Shown here piece by piece: positions 1 through 8,953 of a stretch of DNA of 64,000 nucleotides; position 1 is the stretch's first letter; the number at the start of each line of letters is the position of its first letter. A program made the translations under genes and the position numbers. The stretch covers positions 3 through 64,002 of the forward strand of contig JBCKNM010000003.1 in the NCBI GenBank assembly GCA_038902775.1, given 5' to 3'. This DNA is from Polaromonas sp. GTDB lineage: Bacteria > Pseudomonadota > Gammaproteobacteria > Burkholderiales > Burkholderiaceae_C. The notes below the pieces were generated by a model. The model did not search any database and had not been told where the DNA came from. It saw only the letters and a program-made list of their open reading frames with translations.

Positions 1-66
1 TTTGAATTCATTGTCGGGCAATCCTCGAAAATGCTCGAATCGAATAGAGTGAATCGACTCACTCAT
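1..66 (-). CDS. 5' end of a probable ABC/SMC-like (AAA) ATPase, continuing off the window
   Basis: Manual translation MSESIHSIRFEHFRGLPDNEFK matches the IxxIxxxxFRG N-terminus of SMC/OLD/AAA ATPases; its start overlaps the stop of the 59-310 ORF. Confidence 0.55.
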   Translation of the reverse strand, partial: MSESIHSIRFEHFRGLPDNEFK

Positions 67-310
67 TTGATACTTCCGCTTCAATTGGATCCTCAAGGGC
101 GAGCGCTGCAATTACATCCGCCGACGTCGGTGCTGTAGCTCTTAGTAGTGCCACCAATGATTTAGACGTCGCTTCTGGTAGTGTTCCAGCAGCCTTGAGT
201 ATTGCTGTGAATTGCATTTCCAGATTGGACTGCAACTCTGCACGTAAATCCACCTGAGCAGATTCGCTCTCAGCTTTGGGCACGGGCGGTTCCATTGTCT
301 CGGTAGTCAT
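59..310 (-). CDS. Small hypothetical protein coupled between hsdS and the ATPase
   Basis: 83 aa ORF overlapping both neighbours; no recognisable motif. Confidence 0.6.
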   Translation of the reverse strand: MTTETMEPPVPKAESESAQVDLRAELQSNLEMQFTAILKAAGTLPEATSKSLVALLRATAPTSADVIAALALEDPIEAEVSNE

Positions 311-1674
311 GTGTTTAATGATGGTTCGACCATGCTCAACTCCCCGCTCAGCAGCTTCGGCAGCAGCGTGTCGCGCAGGGTGGCGAGGGTGCGGGATTGC
401 TGTTTGTTGTCCTCGATCTGCAAGTGTGCGGCCTCGGCAATAGCGGTGAATTTCTTCACCAGATCGACGGGTGGCACGACGAGCATCGGCATTTCGAGAG
501 CGTCCATCGGGAGCATGTTGATGGTGGTGCCATTCGAGAAACCGCTAATCCAGTAGTGCCAGCGGCGGTTGTTAAAAAGCTCGACGAGGTAATGCGGGCT
601 GAACGGTGACGATGGCTTGTTCCGCACGCGGTAGATGTGGTGGCTGTAAATTCCTTTCGAGCCGTAGCACCTTGGCACGATGGCGGCGTGGCCGATGAGC
701 AGATGGTCGAAGCCTTGCTCTGTGTTGGTCACAATCATGTCACCCGGTTCAAGCAAATGTCTCTCGCGATACTCTCCGGCGTAGTACTTGAGGCCTTCGT
801 GCTTGTAGCCGCCTCCTTCGTAAACGGAGTTGAGGTTATGCATCGGCAAGCCGGTGCCGTCTTCGCGCAAGCCTTCGCCTTTGTAGCTGAGTCCACGGTC
901 GGCGGTGATGTGCGCGTCGAATCGTTCGACTTTCCATCCTTTTGGCACGGGACCAATCGGGGAGTCTTGAAAGTGGGCAGGGAAAAGCGCGGCGGTGGCG
1001 GCGTCGAGGCCGATGGGTTGACGGCCATCGAGTTTGGCGCGGACGGGGTCGAAATCCACGAACCAGCTCTGGAACAGCGCCCGCGCCATCGCCTCCAGCG
1101 TCGCGTTCATCCGCCGGTTCAACTCGATTTTGTCGTCCAGCGCCCCAAGCACCGCCGCGATGGCTTTTTGCTCAGCGAGGGGTGGGAGCGGGACTTCAAA
1201 TTCCTTGAGCGAAGAAAGCGGCCGACTGATGCACGGAACGCCGGTTGGGTTGACTCGCGACCGTATCGTTTGTTGCCCGCCAGCGGAGATGAAAAAGTAA
1301 TAGAGGAACCGGGAATCGACTTTGGCTCTGTCACCCGAAAACTTCATCAGGTTTTGCGAGAGGACGCTTTTCTGAAACATCGGAACATCTGGAACAATCC
1401 CGACTCTACCCACCGTCCCCTGCGCAACAAAAACCAAGTCGCCCGGAAACGCCTGTGAGTTTTGCAACTCCGCAGCCTTCTCCTCCGAAAGGAAAACCAA
1501 GTCGCTGCCTGAGAATCCACCGTCACCTAAATTCACGCCGCGCAGGACGGGAATACCGGTTGGCTGATAGTTCTCGCTCTTGATGTTTGAACCGAACGGA
1601 CCCATCGCGAAACCTTTGCGGTCGGTGGCTGCGATGGCTTCAAGCCGAACGTTTGACCACGATTCACCCGCCAT
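307..1674 (-). CDS. hsdS: Type I restriction-modification specificity subunit
   Basis: Two TRDs with conserved PLPPLAEQKAIA...LDDKIELN and LRDTLLPKLLSGEL segments; next to hsdM. Confidence 0.95.
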   Translation of the reverse strand: MAGESWSNVRLEAIAATDRKGFAMGPFGSNIKSENYQPTGIPVLRGVNLGDGGFSGSDLVFLSEEKAAELQNSQAFPGDLVFVAQGTVGRVGIVPDVPMFQKSVLSQNLMKFSGDRAKVDSRFLYYFFISAGGQQTIRSRVNPTGVPCISRPLSSLKEFEVPLPPLAEQKAIAAVLGALDDKIELNRRMNATLEAMARALFQSWFVDFDPVRAKLDGRQPIGLDAATAALFPAHFQDSPIGPVPKGWKVERFDAHITADRGLSYKGEGLREDGTGLPMHNLNSVYEGGGYKHEGLKYYAGEYRERHLLEPGDMIVTNTEQGFDHLLIGHAAIVPRCYGSKGIYSHHIYRVRNKPSSPFSPHYLVELFNNRRWHYWISGFSNGTTINMLPMDALEMPMLVVPPVDLVKKFTAIAEAAHLQIEDNKQQSRTLATLRDTLLPKLLSGELSMVEPSLNT

Positions 1675-1789
1675 AACCCAGCCCCCTCAGGTTTGCCTTA
1701 ATGGCCAGCTCCAGTTTCGCAGACTGGGCGAACTGGGCGTGCAGTTCGGCGACGAGGCGCGGCATCTTTTCCGCGAACGAGTTATTCAT
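1664..1789 (-). CDS. 41 aa duplicate of the HsdM C-terminal tail
   Basis: MNNSFAEKMPRLVAELHAQFAQSAKLELAIKANLRGLGYGG aligns with the HsdM end [38 protein letters not shown]; overlaps the hsdS start. Confidence 0.7.
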   Translation of the reverse strand: MNNSFAEKMPRLVAELHAQFAQSAKLELAIKANLRGLGYGG

Positions 1790-2120
1790 GGTCGGCCTCC
1801 TGATCGTCGTCCGCCTCAGAGTCCCACATCTCGCGATAGGCGAAGATGTAGTTGGCGGTGGCTTGAGGGTTGATCTGCCAGTAGTAGCGGCACAGAGACT
1901 TGAAGCAGGCGAGCCCCTGCGCAGTGCAGGCATGGTCCAGCAGGTGATCGAGGGTGTGTTCGATCAAGCGGGTATCCCGGCTGCGGTTCTGGAGGATTTC
2001 ACGGACTGTGGGGGCAAGGGTCTCGACCGCTTGCTGGTGGAGCGTCTGGAGTGGGGCAATGGCTGCCGTGAGGTCACAGAGCAATCCTTGGTAGGCATCT
2101 GAATCCGCCGAGGCATCCAT
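1782..2120 (-). CDS. Hypothetical protein inserted in the type I RM locus
   Basis: ORF from MDASADSD, helical with acidic C-terminus, overlapping the next ORF. Confidence 0.65.
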   Translation of the reverse strand: MDASADSDAYQGLLCDLTAAIAPLQTLHQQAVETLAPTVREILQNRSRDTRLIEHTLDHLLDHACTAQGLACFKSLCRYYWQINPQATANYIFAYREMWDSEADDDQEADHE

Positions 2121-2140
2121 TTGTGGCAGGCGTTGGGCTT

Positions 2141-2620
2141 TCACGAGCCCACCTCCTGGCCGATTTGGGTGATGAAGCGTTCCATTCCCGAGCGGGCGAG
2201 CAATTCGGGAGTCACTGACTCCCGAATTGGGGGGCGTACTGTGGGCAGAAGCGAAGCGATGACTCCGAGGCCGGTAGCTACCAGAGATTTGGGAGTCGCT
2301 GACTCCCAAATGTGCGGGTAAGCCTGGTAGAACTGCCGAAAGCGACGTAGTTCCCGGGGCGTCGCGCGGCTCAGTCCTTGTGGGACGAGACGCTTCGAGA
2401 GGGCGTCCATCAATTGCTCGCCATAGGCTGCCCGGTCGTGCCCTTTTTGCTCAAACTCGACGATGTGGTGGCCGATGAGCCAGTTCCGCAAGGTCAGCGC
2501 GACATTGACGGCTTTGGTGGCGAAATCCTGGGTCTGCCGGTGAAGGTGGACGATGGACGACACCAGCGAGTCAAAGTCACCGGATGCGGCAGGTGTGGAG
2601 GGCTTGTTCTTAGAGGCCAT
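2141..2620 (-). pseudogene. DUF1016/YhcG N-terminal domain, lacking the C-terminal nuclease domain
   Basis: AVNVALTLRNWLIGHHIVEFEQKGHDRAAYGEQL...LRRFRQFYQAYP is the DUF1016-N motif; ORF ends at 159 aa; start overlaps the hsdM stop. Confidence 0.75.
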
Positions 2621-4217
2621 AGCCAAGACCCTCCAGGTTCTTTTTGATCTGCTGCTCCAGTTTCGCGGACTCGGCGAACTGGGCGTGCAGTTCGACGACG
2701 AGTCGTTGCATTTTTTCCTCGAAGGGTTCGCCGTCGTCTTCGACTGCCTCGGCGCCGACGTAGCGTCCGGGCGTGAGGACGTGGCCGTGGGCGACAATCT
2801 CAAAAGTGGTGGCAGATTTGCAGAAGCCGGGGATATCGGCGTAAGAGGCTGCCCCCTCTCCCCGGCCCTCTCCCGCGAGGGGAGAGGGAGTTAAAGCGTC
2901 GCCGCGCCAGGCGTAGTAGGTGCCGACGATTTTCTGGAGATCAGCGTCGGTTAGCTCGCGGTGGACGCGGTCGATCAGCGTTCCCATTTTGCGTGCGTCT
3001 ATGAACAGGGTTTCGCCACGGCGGTCGCGGCGCTTGTTGGGTGACTTCGCGGCGCGTTTGTCTTTCGTCAGGAACCACAGGCACACCGGAATCTGCGTGC
3101 TGTAGAAAAGCTGACCGGGCAGCGCGACCATGCAGTCCACCAAGTCGGCTTCGATAATCGCTTTGCGAATCTCGCCCTCGCCGGACTGGTTGGACGACAT
3201 GCTGCCGTTGGCCAGCACAAAGCCGGCAAAACCTTGGGGTGCCAAGTGGTGGATGAAGTGCTGCACCCAGGCGAAGTTGGCGTTGCCTTTGGGTGGCACG
3301 CCATATTGCCAACGCACGTCGTCGTCGCGGCGATGCCAGTCGGAGTCGTTGAAGGGCGGGTTGGCTAGACAGAAGTCGGCGCGCAGGTCGGGATGGAGGT
3401 CGCGGCGGAAGGTGTCGGCGTTCTCGGGGCCGAAGTCGGCCTCGATGCCGCGCAGGGCCAGGTTCATGATGGCCAGGCGGCGCGTGGTGGGGTTGCTCTC
3501 CTGGCCGTAGATGCTGATGTCGCCGAGCCGGCCGCCATGGGCTTCGACGAATTTTTCTGATTGCACGAACATGCCGCCGGAGCCGCAGCAGGGGTCGTAG
3601 ATGCGGCCCTTGTAGGGGGCAAGCATCTCGACCAGGCAGCGCACGACGCAACTTGGGGTGTAAAACTGGCCGCCGTTCTTGCCTTCGGCGCTGGCGAACT
3701 GGGTGAGGAAGTATTCAAAGACGCGGCCCAGCAAGTCCTTGGAGCGGCTGGCGACATCGGCGAGCTGGATGGAGCCGATGAGGTCGATCAGTTCGCCGAG
3801 GCGGTGCTTGTCGAGATCGGCGCGGCCGTAGTTTTTGTTGAGCGCGCCTTTGAGGCGGGGGTTGTCGCGTTCCAGCGCGACCATGGCGTCGTCCACGTCC
3901 TTGCCGATGCTGGGCAGCTTGGCGCGCGATTGCAGTTGCGGCCAGCGGGCGTCCGCCGGCACCCAGAAGACATTGGCGGCGAGGTATTCGTCCTTGTCTT
4001 CGGGATTGGCGCCTTCGTAGTCGCCTTTGCCGGCGATGAGCTTGGCGTGGTGTTCGTCGAAGCTGTCGGAGATGTATTTGAGGAAGATGAGACCGAGGAC
4101 GACGTGCTTGTATTCCGCCGCGTCCATGTTGTTGCGCAGCTTGTCGGCGGCGAGCCAGAGCTTGGCCTCGAAGCCAAGGTTGGCGCTGGAGTCGTTGTTC
4201 TTCTTTGCTTTGGCCAT
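2610..4217 (-). CDS. hsdM: Type I RM N6-adenine methyltransferase subunit
   Basis: [10 protein letters not shown]-terminus, [14 protein letters not shown] (motif I), NPPF (motif IV). Confidence 0.97.
   Translation of the reverse strand: MAKAKKNNDSSANLGFEAKLWLAADKLRNNMDAAEYKHVVLGLIFLKYISDSFDEHHAKLIAGKGDYEGANPEDKDEYLAANVFWVPADARWPQLQSRAKLPSIGKDVDDAMVALERDNPRLKGALNKNYGRADLDKHRLGELIDLIGSIQLADVASRSKDLLGRVFEYFLTQFASAEGKNGGQFYTPSCVVRCLVEMLAPYKGRIYDPCCGSGGMFVQSEKFVEAHGGRLGDISIYGQESNPTTRRLAIMNLALRGIEADFGPENADTFRRDLHPDLRADFCLANPPFNDSDWHRRDDDVRWQYGVPPKGNANFAWVQHFIHHLAPQGFAGFVLANGSMSSNQSGEGEIRKAIIEADLVDCMVALPGQLFYSTQIPVCLWFLTKDKRAAKSPNKRRDRRGETLFIDARKMGTLIDRVHRELTDADLQKIVGTYYAWRGDALTPSPLAGEGRGEGAASYADIPGFCKSATTFEIVAHGHVLTPGRYVGAEAVEDDGEPFEEKMQRLVVELHAQFAESAKLEQQIKKNLEGLGYGL
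2854..2888. repeat. CCCTCTCCC/GGGAGAGGG palindromic repeat in frame within hsdM
   Basis: Hairpin CCCTCTCCC-GCGAG-GGGAGAGGG with a preceding extra arm; encodes [12 protein letters not shown]. Confidence 0.75.
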
Positions 4218-4265
4218 CGGGCATCCCTTGGATTTTTCCAGGAGATGCTAACTGATTTCGGGCAT

Positions 4266-4365
4266 CTACTTCGGCAAAAACAGCAGCCAGACTAGCAGCA
4301 GCTTCCACAACACAGTGGGGTCGCGCTGGATCAGGGGCGTGGCGGGCGGAGCGGTCAGGGGCCAG
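4266..4365 (-). pseudogene. Diverged 3' remnant of a second kinase/phosphatase gene
   Basis: PLTAPPATPLIQRDPTVLWKLLLVWLLFLPK* vs PLTAPQTTPLMQRDPTAVWK...LLLVYWLVFLPS* of 5771-7528. Confidence 0.8.
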
Positions 4366-4457
4366 CCCGACACGCACGCATTGTGTGTAGCGCACCAAAA
4401 AATCCTGCCTCCTAACTCGAATTGCGCCGCGCGGGTGCGTTTTTGAACGCCCCGAGT

Positions 4458-4472
4458 TGGCACGTTTCTCGC
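4458..4472 (+). promoter_or_regulatory. Sigma-54 (-24/-12) promoter for the nitrate transporter
   Basis: TGGCAC-GTTTC-TCGC vs consensus TGGCAC-N5-TTGC, 43 nt before the ATG. Confidence 0.7.
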
Positions 4473-4515
4473 ACTGTTTTTGTGAATCAATCATTTTTCA
4501 CAAAAGGACTGCACC

Positions 4516-5730
4516 ATGGCGGGTTTTCGCGCTTTTCTCAAATCGGGGCACTCGCCCACCTTGTTCGCCTCATTTTTCTACTTCACCTATTGCTGCGGCG
4601 TCTGGGTGATGAACGGGGCGATGGCCCCATTCATCAAGGAGTCATTGAACCTGAGTCCCGCGCAAATGGGTTTCATGCTCTCGGTGCCGATTCTTGCCGG
4701 TGCCCTGATGCGGTTTCCGCTCGGAATCCTGGCGCAATACATCGGGCGCAAGAACGCCACGCTGGTCGAGATGGGCGCCATCGCCATCGCCCTGGCCTTC
4801 GGCTACTTCTATGTGGAGTCGTTCAACGACCTGCTGGCCATGGGCGTGCTGCTGGGCATTGCCGGCGCCAGCTTTGGCGTGGCGCTGTCGCTCGGCTCAG
4901 GCTCGTTCCCGGCGCGCCACAAGGGACTGGCCATGGGTCTGGTGGGCGCCGGCAACGTGGGCACCGCGCTGTCGGCCCTGCTGGCCCCCGTGCTGGCACA
5001 AGCCTATGGCTGGCAAACGGTGTATGGCATCGCCGCGGTGGGGCTGATCGTGCCGATCCTGGTGATGATCGTGCTGGCCCGCGAGCCCGATGATGTGGAT
5101 AAACACGCCCGCTTCAGGGACCACATTGCCTGCCTGTTCGAAAAGGACGGCTGGGGCTTTAGCATCATCTACGCCATCACCTTCGGCGGCTTCATCGGCC
5201 TGATCACCTTTCTGCCCAGCTACTACCACGACCAGTTCGGCGTCACCAAGGTGCAGGCCGGTCAGCTCACCATGCTGGTGGCCTTCATGGGCGCGGCGCT
5301 GCGCATTTTTGGCGGCTGGATTTCCGATCACTGGGGCGGCATCAACACGCTGACTGCCGTGCTGGTGATCGTGGCGGTCACCCTGGTGTTGTGTGGTTTT
5401 GCCGGGGGCTCACTGGTGGCCACCACCTTGCTGCTGATGACCTGCTTTGCCGCTTTAGGCGCTGGCAACGGTGCCTTGTTCCAGCTGGTGCCGCTGCGCT
5501 GGCCGACGACGACGGCGGTGGCAGGCTCAATGATTGGCGAAATCGGCGCACTGGGCGGCGCACTGGTGCCCAACGTGATGGGGCTGTCCAAACAATACCT
5601 TGGCACGTATATGTGGGGCTTCATGCTGGTTGCCGTATTGACGCTGCTCGCACTCGCCATGATACGTTCCATGCAAATTCGCTGGACCCAAACCTGGGCT
5701 GAGAAAGGTGGACGGGCACGCAGTGCGTAA
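4516..5730 (+). CDS. narK: NarK/NasA-family MFS nitrate/nitrite transporter
   Basis: About 12 hydrophobic segments; nitrate-signature GLAMGLVGAGN and GAGNGALFQLVP; nitrate cluster context. Confidence 0.85.
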   Translation: MAGFRAFLKSGHSPTLFASFFYFTYCCGVWVMNGAMAPFIKESLNLSPAQMGFMLSVPILAGALMRFPLGILAQYIGRKNATLVEMGAIAIALAFGYFYVESFNDLLAMGVLLGIAGASFGVALSLGSGSFPARHKGLAMGLVGAGNVGTALSALLAPVLAQAYGWQTVYGIAAVGLIVPILVMIVLAREPDDVDKHARFRDHIACLFEKDGWGFSIIYAITFGGFIGLITFLPSYYHDQFGVTKVQAGQLTMLVAFMGAALRIFGGWISDHWGGINTLTAVLVIVAVTLVLCGFAGGSLVATTLLLMTCFAALGAGNGALFQLVPLRWPTTTAVAGSMIGEIGALGGALVPNVMGLSKQYLGTYMWGFMLVAVLTLLALAMIRSMQIRWTQTWAEKGGRARSA

Positions 5731-5770
5731 TCGGATACACCATCAGGTTTGCCAAATTTTGGCAAACCAA

Positions 5771-7528
5771 CTAGCTCGGCAAAAACACCAGCCAATACAC
5801 CAGCAACAAATTAACCAGCACAGACACCATAAACACCATCTTCCAGACCGCTGTCGGGTCACGCTGCATCAATGGGGTAGTCTGCGGTGCTGTCAAGGGC
5901 CGCGATGCGCCGCGCTCCAGGGTCAGCAGCAGCTCTTCTGCGGTTTCAAAGCGTTGGCGTTTGTCACGCGCCACGGCCTTGAGGACGATGTGGTCCAGCC
6001 AGATCGGTACCTCGGGGTTGATGCGGCTGGGCGCTACCGGGTCGCGGTAGTAGCGGCCTGCCTGAAAGGGTAATACCTCGCCATAAGGCAGCCTGCCGGT
6101 CAGCAATTGGTACAGGGTTACGCCGAGTGCAAACAAATCGCTTTGCGCGTCGGGCAATTCTTCGGCTGCATCCAGCACCGTGCCGCCTGCGGCTTTGAAG
6201 CCCCACTGCTCGGGGTTGATGAAGCTGGGCGTGCCGGCATGCAGGCGGCGCATCGCCTCGGGCTCGCGGCCACTCAGGGCCACACCTAAATCGAGCAGGC
6301 GCAGCACGCCGTCTTCGCCCTGGTGCAGGTTGGCGGGTTTGACATCGCGGTGAATCACGCATTGACGGTGCAAGCAGCTCAGTGCTTTGGCGGTTTGGGT
6401 GGCTACGGCCAGGACCTGCACCACACTGAACTTGTGGCCGCGCTGTAGTTGCTGCTGCAAGGTTTCACCGCTGTGCCAGTCATACAGCAAATAAAAAGCG
6501 CTGCGTTCATGGCCACCCGGCAGGCGCTCATGCAGGCGGACCAGGTGCTCGGCTGCGCGCCCCGACTGCATACGTGCGGCCAGCCAGCCTTCGTGCGCGA
6601 GCATGGCGCGCTCCTGTTCGTCGTGGGCTCGGGCGGGGTTGAGGGTTTTGAGGGTGTAGAGCTTGCCCTCCATACTGCGTACTTGGTAGAGCACATTGAT
6701 GCCGTTGTCCGCCACCGGTGCGGTCACGCACAAGCCATCTATCATCTCGCCGACCCGCAAGCGTGCTGGCACCGGCAGCGTCTGCGCGATGCGGTTCACA
6801 TCACCCAGCGTGGCATCGAGCAGCCCGCGCACATACACCACCACTGCCGTGACGTTGTCGGTACTGCCGTTGGCAAGCGCTGCATCGACGAGTTTCTGGC
6901 TTGCAGCCTGGGCACTGTCCTGGGTATGACCGCTGTGTGCAAGGTCTTGCAGGCGGGCATCGCGCACGCTGCCGTATACGCCATCAGAGAGCAGCACAAA
7001 CACATCTCCGACATGAAGGTCGCCCTGCATGTAGTCCACCACCACATGGTCTTGGGCCCCCACCGAGCGCAGCAACTGGTGCTTGAAGTCGGGGTGGTTA
7101 ACGACATGGTCGTGCGTGAGCTGAATGGTTTTGCCGTCACGTAGCAAATAAGCCCGCGAATCGCCTACATGCGCCAGGGTGTACGACTGCCCGCGCAGCA
7201 CCAGCGCTGTCAGCGTGGTCAGGCCCAGGGCTGGCTGGCGGCGGCGGTTGATGCCTGCCAGCCAGGCGTTTTGCGCGCCAATGATGCGGTCCAGGGCCAC
7301 GCTGGTGTCCCATATTTCTGGCGTGCCGTAGTAGTCGCGAACCAGGCTGGTGACGGTGGTCTGGGCGGCCTCTTTGCCCATCCCACCGGTACTCACGCCA
7401 TCGGCAATCGCCACGATGGAGCCCATGCCCTCCTGCCCCGTATCGGGCAACATCGCGGCACAAAAGTCTTCGTTGATGTTTTTGCGGCCTGCCAGGGAGA
7501 CAAAGCCAATGTCGAGATCAAATGCCAT
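5771..7528 (-). CDS. Bifunctional PP2C phosphatase / Ser-Thr protein kinase with C-terminal membrane anchor
   Basis: ADG, HVGDSRAY, SDG, DN PP2C motifs; HRDVKPAN, LLDLG, SDLFALGV kinase motifs; start taken at MAFDLD because the longer ORF start lies inside a repeat. Confidence 0.9.
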   Translation of the reverse strand: MAFDLDIGFVSLAGRKNINEDFCAAMLPDTGQEGMGSIVAIADGVSTGGMGKEAAQTTVTSLVRDYYGTPEIWDTSVALDRIIGAQNAWLAGINRRRQPALGLTTLTALVLRGQSYTLAHVGDSRAYLLRDGKTIQLTHDHVVNHPDFKHQLLRSVGAQDHVVVDYMQGDLHVGDVFVLLSDGVYGSVRDARLQDLAHSGHTQDSAQAASQKLVDAALANGSTDNVTAVVVYVRGLLDATLGDVNRIAQTLPVPARLRVGEMIDGLCVTAPVADNGINVLYQVRSMEGKLYTLKTLNPARAHDEQERAMLAHEGWLAARMQSGRAAEHLVRLHERLPGGHERSAFYLLYDWHSGETLQQQLQRGHKFSVVQVLAVATQTAKALSCLHRQCVIHRDVKPANLHQGEDGVLRLLDLGVALSGREPEAMRRLHAGTPSFINPEQWGFKAAGGTVLDAAEELPDAQSDLFALGVTLYQLLTGRLPYGEVLPFQAGRYYRDPVAPSRINPEVPIWLDHIVLKAVARDKRQRFETAEELLLTLERGASRPLTAPQTTPLMQRDPTAVWKMVFMVSVLVNLLLVYWLVFLPS

Positions 7529-7550
7529 GCACCAATGTAAGCAATTTACA
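7524..7550 (+). repeat. 27-bp direct repeat, left copy
   Basis: GCCATGCACCAATGTAAGCAATTTACA, identical at 17865-17891. Confidence 0.9.
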
Positions 7551-7587
7551 TGCCCCTTACAAATTGCACCCAGTGATATTCTCTGAA

Positions 7588-7785
7588 GGGCACTTCTATA
7601 AATTAATTTTTCGGGCGAATTGCGTCGTTGGAGGGTTTTGGGGTCAGAGTCCAAATTCATCGTGCCCTTGGCACGCCCTTCGGGTGCGATGCTTTGCATC
7701 GTAATGAAATTGGCGTCTGACCCCAATAACCCTCCTCCGTCCACCTTGCACTTCATCCCGAAAATCTGAATTTCTAGAAGTACCC
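7588..7785. mobile_element. MITE family A with a nested family B element
   Basis: Termini GGGCACTTCTA...TAGAAGTACCC; centre replaced by element B. Confidence 0.85.
7633..7732. repeat. Family B REP/REPIN-like structured palindrome
   Basis: GGGTTTTGGGGTCAGA...TCTGACCCCAATAACCC with three internal hairpins. Confidence 0.9.
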
Positions 7786-7836
7786 TTTATTTGGATCTGC
7801 CTGTCATCCGGGCTGGTCAGAAACCGTGGAGTTTTC

Positions 7837-8952
7837 ATGTCTTACCGTCTTCCCCGACGCGCCCTCATCTGCTGCGCGCATGCTTTTTTTCTTTTCTCGT
7901 CTGTTGCAGCGCACGCGGCCGACGATTTCGCGGTCTCTGCCGCGCAAATACAGGCGTTGGGGGTTCAACTCCAGAAACTGGATAAGCCGGCCCAGATCGA
8001 GGGCCTGAGCTACCCGGCCAAAGTCGTTCTCCCGCCCCGGCAGGAATCGGTCGTCAGCGCTCCGGTTGCGGGAATGATCGATCAGCTGCTGGTCTCCGAA
8101 AACGAATCCGTGCGCCTGGGGCAGCCTCTTTTCAGGCTCGCCAGTCCGGAATTGGCCGAGCTGCAGCTCAAACTGATGGAAGCGGCATCCAAAAGCCGGT
8201 TGTCGCAAAAGACCCTGGCGCGAGAACGTCAACTTTTCAGCGAAGGCATCACCCCAGAACGCCGGGCGCAGGAGGCCGAGGCCGCAGCCGCTCAGGACCT
8301 GGCGCGTTTGCGTCAGACCGAGGCCGGCTTGAGACTGGCCGGTGTGGATGCCCCGACGGTGCAAAAAATCGCCGATGGCGTGGCAATGCAGGATGGCCTT
8401 TATCTGAGGGCAAAGTCCGCAGGGATTATTTACGCCATCGAAGTCCGGCTAGGACAGCGTGTGCAGGACGCACAAGCCCTGGCACGCATCGCCGATACGA
8501 GCAAGTTGTGGCTCGACATACAGATACCCGTCGAAATGCGAACCAGGATTGCCGCGAAAGGCGGTGCGATCAGCGTGGTTGACCGGGATGTTGCCGCGGT
8601 CACCTCAGGCTCCGGGATGGTGGCCAGTGACAACCAGACGCTGACCTTGCGAGCCGAAGTCACCCGAGGCGTGCAGTTGCTGCGACCGGGCGAGTTTTTG
8701 CAGGTTCGCATTCCCTTTGTTGGTGCCGGGGAGGGCTGGGCCGTGCCCATGCAATCTGTTGTCAGGCAGGGTGACAAGGCTTATGTCTTTGTCAGGACAG
8801 CCACCGGTTTTCAGGCAACGCCGGTCACGGTCCTGGAAAGCGCCGGCCAGTCGGTACGTGTGAAAGGCAAGCTAATGGCGAATCAGGAGATTGCGACAGC
8901 CTCTGTGATCGCTCTTAAAGCCGCCTGGCTGGGCAAAAGCGGAGGCAACTGA
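7837..8952 (+). CDS. RND efflux periplasmic adaptor (CzcB/CusB-like)
   Basis: Signal peptide, VSAPVAG lipoyl-like motif, LRPGEF, upstream of an RND pump. Confidence 0.9.
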   Translation: MSYRLPRRALICCAHAFFLFSSVAAHAADDFAVSAAQIQALGVQLQKLDKPAQIEGLSYPAKVVLPPRQESVVSAPVAGMIDQLLVSENESVRLGQPLFRLASPELAELQLKLMEAASKSRLSQKTLARERQLFSEGITPERRAQEAEAAAAQDLARLRQTEAGLRLAGVDAPTVQKIADGVAMQDGLYLRAKSAGIIYAIEVRLGQRVQDAQALARIADTSKLWLDIQIPVEMRTRIAAKGGAISVVDRDVAAVTSGSGMVASDNQTLTLRAEVTRGVQLLRPGEFLQVRIPFVGAGEGWAVPMQSVVRQGDKAYVFVRTATGFQATPVTVLESAGQSVRVKGKLMANQEIATASVIALKAAWLGKSGGN

Positions 8953-8953
8953 C

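Noticed and set aside
7529-7756. 76 aa N-terminal extension of the kinase/phosphatase in the ORF track
   Set aside because: It is translated largely from nested repeats A and B; the PP2C domain starts at 7528
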